From Candidatus Omnitrophota bacterium (GTDB taxonomy: Bacteria; Omnitrophota; Gorgyraeia; Gygaellales; JBFMHM01), in NCBI GenBank assembly GCA_040753015.1, contig JBFMHM010000007.1, positions 2,076-66,075 on the forward strand: a DNA stretch of 64,000 bases, given 5' to 3'. Below the pieces are notes generated by a model. It was not told the DNA's origin. It made no database searches and worked only from the letters and a program-made list of their open reading frames with translations. The translations under genes were made by a program, and so were the position numbers. Positions 57,196 to 64,000 of the stretch are shown one piece after another. The stretch's first letter is position 1. Each line of letters opens with the position of its first letter.

Positions 57196-57941
57196 TTTCC
57201 TGCTAATGTTTTTACTGCTGCCAGCGATACTTTCACTATAGAGCTCTCAGCATCATAATATTTTGGGTTAATGAAACCAAGCTCGCCAGTAATTAAGTTA
57301 TCACTTACAGCTAAGATGCATCCTGCCCTAACCTGGTTTAACTTTGCAATTGTAAGCATTGTACTTGAAACCATATCTACCGCAATTGCCCCTTTTACAC
57401 GTTTCTCTTCAACAAGTTCTCTTGTTTCGCGAAGCAATGCATCAGTCACCCACACAGTGCCTAAATGATATTTTACACCTAAACTTTCACAAGCTTTAAC
57501 TAAAGCGCCTGTCACATTTTTATCTGCTTCTGATTTAAAATCTTCCTTAACATAATAAGGAGTTACTCCATCCCCCCTAATTACATCTTTTACAATTACT
57601 ACATCGCCAACCTGTATTTTTTCATCCATTGCACCGCAAGAACCGGCCCTTATAATATTTTTAGTACCTGCAGCACAAAGAATTTCTGCACAAATTGCCG
57701 AATCAGCAGAATACCTGCCGCCGTTTCCCGTAGTAATTTTTATTCCCTCATATTCACCGTTATACATTGTGTAATCAAAAAATGAAAACTTTTTTACTGT
57801 ATTAGTTAGATTTTTTAATACTGCTTGTGAACGCTCTACAGTGCCAGGAATAATTGCATATTCTGCTAAATCTCCCGGGCGTAAATTTAACATATAAAGC
57901 ATTTCTTTTGCTGACATATGAACATCTTTCTGCATCTGCAT
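57192..57941 (-). CDS. Family-1 nucleoside phosphorylase (PNP/UDP/MTA phosphorylase fold)
   Basis: PNP_UDP_1-like 'IIPGTVERSQ...KITTGNGG' pattern, 249 aa. Confidence 0.7.
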   Translation of the reverse strand: MQMQKDVHMSAKEMLYMLNLRPGDLAEYAIIPGTVERSQAVLKNLTNTVKKFSFFDYTMYNGEYEGIKITTGNGGRYSADSAICAEILCAAGTKNIIRAGSCGAMDEKIQVGDVVIVKDVIRGDGVTPYYVKEDFKSEADKNVTGALVKACESLGVKYHLGTVWVTDALLRETRELVEEKRVKGAIAVDMVSSTMLTIAKLNQVRAGCILAVSDNLITGELGFINPKYYDAESSIVKVSLAAVKTLAGK

Positions 57942-57956
57942 ATCTTTTCTCCTTTT

Positions 57957-58677
57957 CTATTTCAATTCTTCCTGTATTGGTAATTTTAATGCACTTGCAT
58001 CAGGAATTTTCCCAGATAAGTACTTAGGTAATTTTTTAGTAAGATAATATTCAGCGATACCTACTGGTTTTTTAACACTACGCAATGCGTACTCTACAAC
58101 GATATCATCTTTATCTGCACATAAAATAATACCTATTGACGGATTCTCATCTTTTAACTTTATTTGCTCATCTAAAAGTTGCAAATAAAAATCCATTTTA
58201 GCAGCATATTCTGGTTCAAATTTACCCGTTTTAAGTTCAATCGCCACAAGAGACTTTAATTCACGATTAAAAAATAAAAGGTCTATGAGAATATTTAATA
58301 TAGAATTCACGCTCTCTATCATTAGCTATTTTTTCCATAATTAAGAGATTATGCCCCCATGGTATTTCTGCAACAAGTTGTTGCAGAAATGGTTTATTTT
58401 TATATTCTTCGTAGAATCTCCGCATATTCCAAACATTTCTTTCCGAAAACCCATAAGTTTGTGGAAATACCTTTTTCAAATCGCGGGCAAGCAATACAAT
58501 AACATTATCACCCCATTTATATTTTTGCTGACGTTCGAAAATACTTTTACCAATATCCCAATAAAGTTTTATAAGCTCTTTATTAACCGTCTTTATTGCC
58601 CGAATGCGTGAAGCAACAATACGCGATTTAATCTCACTCAAAAATTTAATATATTCTTTATTAACAATACTACTCAT
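57957..58677 (-). pseudogene. Frameshifted DUF1016/YhcG-family PDDEXK nuclease, split into two overlapping ORFs
   Basis: ORF 58267..58677 is the N-terminal part ('...EREFYIKYSHRP'). ORF 57957..58322 carries the nuclease core ('LVAIELKTGKFEPEYAAKMDFYLQLLDE...IGIILCADKDDIVVEYAL'). They are in different frames and overlap by 56 nt. Confidence 0.65.
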
Positions 58678-58689
58678 ATTACAGCTTTT

Positions 58690-60189
58690 TTATCCCTTTA
58701 ATGCTTTTTTATCTATCTTATCTGTTCTTGTTTTGGGTAACCTATCACGAATTTCTATATAATGCGGTACTTTAAAATTTGCTAAATGTGAACGGCAAAA
58801 ATGCCTGATATCATCTTCGGATAGTTTTACGCCTTCCTTAAAACTTACAACCGCTTTAACTACCTCGCCTCGTAACTTATCCTCTACGCCAATTACTGCC
58901 ACCTCATTAATCTCGGGAATTTTGTGGATTACATTCTCAACTTCTGTAGCATAAACAATCTCCCCTCCTACCTTAATCATTTCTTTAATTCGGCCCATAA
59001 TATAGAGGTAGCCATCTTCATCAATTTTACCTAAGTCTCCGGTATGAAACCAACCGTTACGCATTACACGTGCAGTTTCTTCCTCGTCTTTGTAGTAGCC
59101 AACCATCACCGCCCAGCTTCTCATTGTAATTTCGCCAACTTCACCACACGACAATTCCTTATCATCTTCATCAACAATTTTTAATTCCACCCAAGGAGCA
59201 GGTAAACCAACAGAGCGAACTTTCGGGCTGCCCATTGGTATTACTGTGTTTGGCGGTGAGGTTTCGGTCATTCCCCAACCATGTAATAATTTTGCCTTTG
59301 GGCAATATTGCATAAACCTCTGTAAAACTTCTGGAGAGCTAGGAGCACCAAAAACATTTACCCAGCGAATACTAGATAAATCATATTTTTCGAATTCTTT
59401 CAACTGTAAAAGTGCAATATACATCGAGGGAACAAGATGAAAGCAGGTAACTTTGTAAGTTTCGATATTGCGTAAAAATTCAATTGGGCTAAAACGGTCC
59501 ATTACAATTAAAGTAATGCCATAATAAATGCAATTTTGCAAATAAACCAAACCGCCAAAATGTGTCAACGGCAATGCGCAAAGCTTAACATCTTTGTCAG
59601 ATAAATCTACAAAATAATCCATTGCTTGAGGCGAACCATCAAGATGCCTATAATTTAAAAGCACACCTTTGGGCCGTCCGGTTGTGCCAGAAGTATAGAA
59701 AATTAAAGCATTATCTGTTTCTTCTACTTTAACATTCGGTTCTTTAATCTCACCACGGCTTAAAAAATCTGAGAATAAATAAAATCCATTATGTTTTTCT
59801 TCATAAGAAACAATTACGTCTTTAAGGGTAGGAATTCTCTCCTTAAGGCTCAACACCGTTACACCGTCTTTTGGCCGAATAATTAAAAGTTTTGCCTCGG
59901 AGTGCGTAATACAAGAAACTAATTCTTCTTCTTTGAGCATATAATCAAGAGGAACAACTACCGCACCTAAACAAAAAAGGGCTAAGTAACTATAAATACA
60001 CTCTAGAGAATTAGGCATAAATAAAGCGACTTTGTCGCCTTTCTGAATACCAATTTCTTGCAGACTATGGCAAAATTTGTAAACTTGCTCTAAAAGTTCG
60101 CCAAAAGTAACGGTTTTTTCTTTAAATACTAACGCGGGTTTGTTTGGATACTTTTTTGCTTTATCCTTAAGTATTTCTTTAACTTGCAT
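58690..60189 (-). CDS. AMP-dependent acyl-CoA synthetase/ligase
   Basis: 'IFYTSGTTGRPKGV' AMP-binding motif, 'GWGMTE' and 'HTGDLG'. Confidence 0.85.
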   Translation of the reverse strand: MQVKEILKDKAKKYPNKPALVFKEKTVTFGELLEQVYKFCHSLQEIGIQKGDKVALFMPNSLECIYSYLALFCLGAVVVPLDYMLKEEELVSCITHSEAKLLIIRPKDGVTVLSLKERIPTLKDVIVSYEEKHNGFYLFSDFLSRGEIKEPNVKVEETDNALIFYTSGTTGRPKGVLLNYRHLDGSPQAMDYFVDLSDKDVKLCALPLTHFGGLVYLQNCIYYGITLIVMDRFSPIEFLRNIETYKVTCFHLVPSMYIALLQLKEFEKYDLSSIRWVNVFGAPSSPEVLQRFMQYCPKAKLLHGWGMTETSPPNTVIPMGSPKVRSVGLPAPWVELKIVDEDDKELSCGEVGEITMRSWAVMVGYYKDEEETARVMRNGWFHTGDLGKIDEDGYLYIMGRIKEMIKVGGEIVYATEVENVIHKIPEINEVAVIGVEDKLRGEVVKAVVSFKEGVKLSEDDIRHFCRSHLANFKVPHYIEIRDRLPKTRTDKIDKKALKG

Positions 60190-60305
60190 AAATTCGCCTC
60201 CAAATATAGTAAAATTTTACTAATCTAATTTTTATATATTGTATATTATCCAGGAATTATGTCAAGAAAAATTTAGAAGATCTAAGAAAAGTGTTTTTTA
60301 TTTAG

Positions 60306-60722
60306 CTAAATATCAATAATATTTTTTTTAATAAATTTCTCAATTGCTTTTACGGTTTCATCTTTTAATTGTGGTGGGCTTTGAGCAATCCAAACAGTAA
60401 AGTTATATAGTCCTTGAACATCTACTTCTATCCATTTTTTATTTCTATATAAGAGAACTAATAAACTAGTCAAAGCAATCCTTTTATTGCCGTTCCGGAA
60501 AGGATGATTCTTAATCATCAGATAAAAGAATATACTTGCCTTGGAGATCAAGCTAGGATACAGAGATTTACCACCAAAACTTTGGAAAGGTACGGCTAAA
60601 CAGCTCTCTAGGATATTTACAAAACGTGTAGAAAAATCCGGAATTGGTTCGTTGAAAGAAAGCATGTCTTGCGCCATCTCAAAAGCAATGAATTCTATTT
60701 CTTTAACATTAATTTGCTTCAT
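60306..60722 (-). CDS. doc: Doc-family (Fic-fold) toxin
   Basis: 'HPFRNGNKRIALTS' Doc motif; 138 aa. Confidence 0.8.
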   Translation of the reverse strand: MKQINVKEIEFIAFEMAQDMLSFNEPIPDFSTRFVNILESCLAVPFQSFGGKSLYPSLISKASIFFYLMIKNHPFRNGNKRIALTSLLVLLYRNKKWIEVDVQGLYNFTVWIAQSPPQLKDETVKAIEKFIKKNIIDI

Positions 60723-60979
60723 TCTTTTCCTAAAAGCCTAAGAACTTCACCATAATCTTTGATTACCTTCTTAACCGCGTTCTCAATTTCTGTTTTGTCT
60801 TCTTCTTTTAACTCTTGGCTAAATATAGCCGTAAGCTCCTTTTTAGAAACAGCATAGTTTCTACCAATTCTTATTGCTTTTATTTTTCCAGCCTTAACTT
60901 TTTTAAAAACAGCTACTCTTGTAATTCCCAAAATTTTTGCAAGCATCGGTAATGTTATATACTCATTTTTCTCTTCCAT
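60719..60979 (-). CDS. HTH (excisionase/MerR-like) DNA-binding protein; putative antitoxin for Doc
   Basis: 'ITLPMLAKILGITRVAVFKKVKAGKIKAIRIG' HTH. It overlaps the doc start by 4 nt. Confidence 0.6.
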   Translation of the reverse strand: MEEKNEYITLPMLAKILGITRVAVFKKVKAGKIKAIRIGRNYAVSKKELTAIFSQELKEEDKTEIENAVKKVIKDYGEVLRLLGKE

Positions 60980-61087
60980 ATATTTTCCTCTGTTAACTAA
61001 TATTAATACGATTAACCTACGTTAACTTATATATCAAAGATTAACATAATCTTGCCAAAAAATCAAGTTTATTTATATTATAGCGTA

Positions 61088-64000
61088 TTAGAAGGAAAGT
61101 GTCGTAAGGTCTATACCGCCGTTTTCGGCAACTTCTCTGGCTACTTCAGAATTTACGGCTATTAATTGTCCATGATAAACAACGGTGGATATCTTCTTAC
61201 CTAAACCTGTTTGATCTAAAGCAAGGTTTAAGTTTGCCTGCGTTGCTTCATTTGAAACAATTACGCTTCGTAAGCCAACATTTTCATCTAGCTCGCCATT
61301 TAAAGCTGCAACTATCTCTTGCTCATTAGCGCCATCAAATAATGGTATCTCTTTGCCTTGAAATATAAATTCTCTTACAACCCTAAATTCTCTACCAGCC
61401 ATTTCAAACCCAGGTAATGTCGAAACGGCTAATCTTTCTAGCGGAATAACTAATTCGATAGTTGTGCCCCTTGTTAATCTATTGCCTAACAAAATATCTA
61501 TATTACTATTTCTTTCTCCAACTTTTTCTAATTTATTCGACGGAGAACCATCAATACAACTACTGTCTATAATAATCGCACCGTTATAATCACGTAAAAC
61601 CTTCGTCTGTATAAAGAATAAAAAACCAAGTCCGCGCCTTCCCATAAGGCCATCATCAAGACGCCCTCTTTTACCATGGCCTAACCAGCCTAATCTATGC
61701 ATCTCTGCAATATTATCTAGATTTTCTGCAAGTAGAAACAAATCGTCTAACTCTATACCACATCCATCATCACTAACTTCAATAATAAGATCTTTGCCTC
61801 TTATGTACAATTTAACTTTAATTATACTGGATGTTTTCTTTTTTAGCTTAAGATTTACTTCTCTGCTAGCATCGTATGCATTTGCAATAAGCTCTCTAAC
61901 AATTTTCTCAATATCATTTCTCTGATTATTACTAAACATTGTTAACTTTTCTTTTAAAACATTTATTTTAAAATATTTATCTATAAAATTTTCTCCAACA
62001 CTATCGCCGTCAAAAGTTACGATCTCACCTTCATCACCAAATATATAATCTTTATATACATCTCCACCTATATATAATCTTTGATCACTATCAAATCTTA
62101 CTTCAACAACATCTTCAAATATTAGTATTTCTTCTTTAGGAATTTCTTTTCTGGTGATTCGCATATTCCCCTCAGCATGTGCAATAATAGAGCCGGGAAT
62201 CCTCTCAAGCCGAGCTTGCTGTAATTTACGTCTATATTCAATAGCTAATCTAATAACTACCCCTAAAACTTCCCTATAATCACCAGCCATATGTAGACCA
62301 TCTAAATCAGTGCGTGAGCCTGCACCAATTTCATTTAATGCGGCGATAAGTTGATCGAAAGATTCACTATAATGTTCATCGGCGGTGAGGATTCCAACCA
62401 CTGCCTTTGCGCGGTCTTGCGCTGAAGTATTTGCTAATCCTGGGCTATTAAGCCTATCTATAATTTTTTGCTTTAACCCAGCTGTAAATTCTGGCGCAGA
62501 CATTTGATGCTCAAGAAACAAACTATTATCTTCTATCCTAAAATGTTCTTCGGCAAGGCTAGGCTCATCAGCAATACCATAGGTTTTAAACCATTCCTCT
62601 TCTTTATCTCGATAAAGTTTTTTTATTGCTGCTGAATCATCCGCTTCAAGCTCAGCACGTAAATTTGCAAGTGCCTCGTTTAATTCTATATGGTTTATTA
62701 TTAATGGTAATTTACCCCTCTTCTCTAAAATGCGCCTTCTTACTTCATGCTCGACCTCATGATAAATTACAAATTTTTTACGCGCCACTCCCTCAGTGGT
62801 ATTATCATAATATCCGTCATCAAAAACAATCACATCATCGTTATAATGATAAGAAATTCCTGCGAGTTTTTTTATACCATTTGGGGCCGCTTCTCGATTA
62901 ACTATATCTACAGAATAAACTTCTACTGTGCCTTGGCTAGTACCTACATCTAATACAGAATTAATTTTACAGATTATTATCTTTGACGTTTCTTTATCTG
63001 GCAGAACTATATAATTATGTTTTTTTAGGATAGAATTAAGAGCATCCAGCGTGCGAGGGAATCTTCCAACGAAAACAATATTATCAGCACTAAATTCTTT
63101 TTCAAAATTATCTAACAGCCGCTTTAATTCATTAAGTTTTTTATCATGGGTAATTGAAAGAGTAAAAACTCTATCGATTTCCCTGCACAGTAAACGCACT
63201 GTCCTTCTAAGGATTAATTCTGAAATATAGATTGTAAAATTAAGCAAATATTGTTCTAATAGAAGAATGGGCCCTGTCAATGAAGGCATAATACTTGCTT
63301 GGGCTAACTGGCTTAGGCGCTCACTTTCCATACCTATAGCATGATTTATTTCGTGTGAGTAGAGTTCTTTGCGGTCAGATAAACTTAGTTGGCTTAATGC
63401 CGAAAGATTTGCATGTAATGTGTTGCCTTGAACAAACATTATGTTATTAGCGTATTGTGTGTCTTCAACTGTAATATGCGTAATACCGTGCTGCGCTAAG
63501 TATGCCTCAATTTCGGCTTTAATTCCAGGCCCTTTTTGATCCCTAACTTGCCCTACATAAATAAACTTTTGATCCGGAGGATCAACATATATTAAAGCAT
63601 GTATTTCATCTATAAGGCTTTGGTCTGTAATTGGCCCGTCCACCAATAGATCAAAATGTTTTTTCATTAAGTGAGGAATAACCTTAAAATTTTTTCTTTC
63701 ATGCTCTTCTAATGCAACAGCAACTACCCTCATTCCAGAACAATGCTTCTCTAGCTCTAAAACAAGTTTACCGAAAGCCTCTGAAGAAATACCCTGGCTT
63801 TCTAAAAAATTGGTACTCTGCCTTTGACCTATAGACCCAAGATCTAACTGAACCAACCTCTGAGATGAAAATATTTTAAATTTTAAAATAAACTGAAACT
63901 CATTAAGCCTTACATTTCCAGTTACCACTGAAAGAAAGCGTTCTGTATTTTTTAGATGAGCTACTTTATCTACAATAACTGTATAGACATCGCGACCATT
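61088..64000 (-). CDS. Large GHKL-ATPase-containing protein (>970 aa; 5' end beyond the window)
   Basis: C-terminal HATPase_c: N-box 'IVRELIANAYDAS', G1 'VSDDGCGIE', G2 'GRRGLGF'. Two HExxH motifs ('YSHEINHAIG' and 'VIYHEVEHEV'). The frame stays open from 63928 to 64000 (NGRDVYTVIVDKVAHLKNTERFLSVVTGNV...), so the true start is upstream of the window. Confidence 0.75.
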   Translation of the reverse strand, partial: NGRDVYTVIVDKVAHLKNTERFLSVVTGNVRLNEFQFILKFKIFSSQRLVQLDLGSIGQRQSTNFLESQGISSEAFGKLVLELEKHCSGMRVVAVALEEHERKNFKVIPHLMKKHFDLLVDGPITDQSLIDEIHALIYVDPPDQKFIYVGQVRDQKGPGIKAEIEAYLAQHGITHITVEDTQYANNIMFVQGNTLHANLSALSQLSLSDRKELYSHEINHAIGMESERLSQLAQASIMPSLTGPILLLEQYLLNFTIYISELILRRTVRLLCREIDRVFTLSITHDKKLNELKRLLDNFEKEFSADNIVFVGRFPRTLDALNSILKKHNYIVLPDKETSKIIICKINSVLDVGTSQGTVEVYSVDIVNREAAPNGIKKLAGISYHYNDDVIVFDDGYYDNTTEGVARKKFVIYHEVEHEVRRRILEKRGKLPLIINHIELNEALANLRAELEADDSAAIKKLYRDKEEEWFKTYGIADEPSLAEEHFRIEDNSLFLEHQMSAPEFTAGLKQKIIDRLNSPGLANTSAQDRAKAVVGILTADEHYSESFDQLIAALNEIGAGSRTDLDGLHMAGDYREVLGVVIRLAIEYRRKLQQARLERIPGSIIAHAEGNMRITRKEIPKEEILIFEDVVEVRFDSDQRLYIGGDVYKDYIFGDEGEIVTFDGDSVGENFIDKYFKINVLKEKLTMFSNNQRNDIEKIVRELIANAYDASREVNLKLKKKTSSIIKVKLYIRGKDLIIEVSDDGCGIELDDLFLLAENLDNIAEMHRLGWLGHGKRGRLDDGLMGRRGLGFLFFIQTKVLRDYNGAIIIDSSCIDGSPSNKLEKVGERNSNIDILLGNRLTRGTTIELVIPLERLAVSTLPGFEMAGREFRVVREFIFQGKEIPLFDGANEQEIVAALNGELDENVGLRSVIVSNEATQANLNLALDQTGLGKKISTVVYHGQLIAVNSEVAREVAENGGIDLTTLSF

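Overview
This is an AT-rich bacterial chromosomal segment coded almost entirely on the minus strand. The Lnt, MurJ, LptE-like and BamD-like genes point to a diderm lineage.

**Layout**
- **1–11 kb, housekeeping:** partial lnt, secA, prfB with its conserved +1 programmed frameshift, pilT, a 36-aa ogt C-terminal remnant, a short uvrC, murJ, rpsT, holA-like, lptE-like and bamD-like.
- **11–25.5 kb, accessory island:** a 48-aa remnant of a giant-gene tail, a DUF4143 AAA ATPase, two adjacent giant ORFs (2467 aa and about 1290–1319 aa) and a canonical Fic protein. The giant ORFs carry internal segmental and tandem repeats, a shared C-terminal 'YHEV' module and an MPN/JAMM-like domain.
- **25.6–31.7 kb:** comEC (channel domain only), comEA, leuS, tRNA-Ala(GGC) and a divergent tRNA-Leu(CAA), a GDSL lipoprotein and rlmN.
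- **31.7–41 kb:** a molybdenum-cofactor locus (mogA/moaB-like, MOSC, ChrA-like half transporter, moaC, moaA, moeA, xdhC, mobA/mocA) with a three-subunit xanthine-dehydrogenase-family enzyme. A 288-nt structured leader precedes it.
- **41–60 kb, candidate biosynthetic operon:** KS-alpha, a KS-beta/CLF-like partner with no catalytic triad, and ACP. Alongside them are two paralogous B12-binding radical-SAM enzymes, an SRPBCC cyclase, a cyclase-family protein, an amidohydrolase-2, a PanE-like reductase, an aldehyde dehydrogenase and an acyl-CoA synthetase. Next to it sits a three-gene 5'-deoxyadenosine 'DHAP shunt' (nucleoside phosphorylase, MtnA-like isomerase, class II aldolase fused to SCP2).
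- **60–64 kb:** a Doc/HTH toxin-antitoxin pair and a large 5'-partial GHKL-ATPase protein with two HExxH motifs.

The two most interesting regions are the giant-protein/Fic island and the KS/CLF/ACP plus B12-rSAM cluster with its co-localised radical-SAM by-product salvage. Everything here is read from the sequence and the ORF track only; no database search was run.
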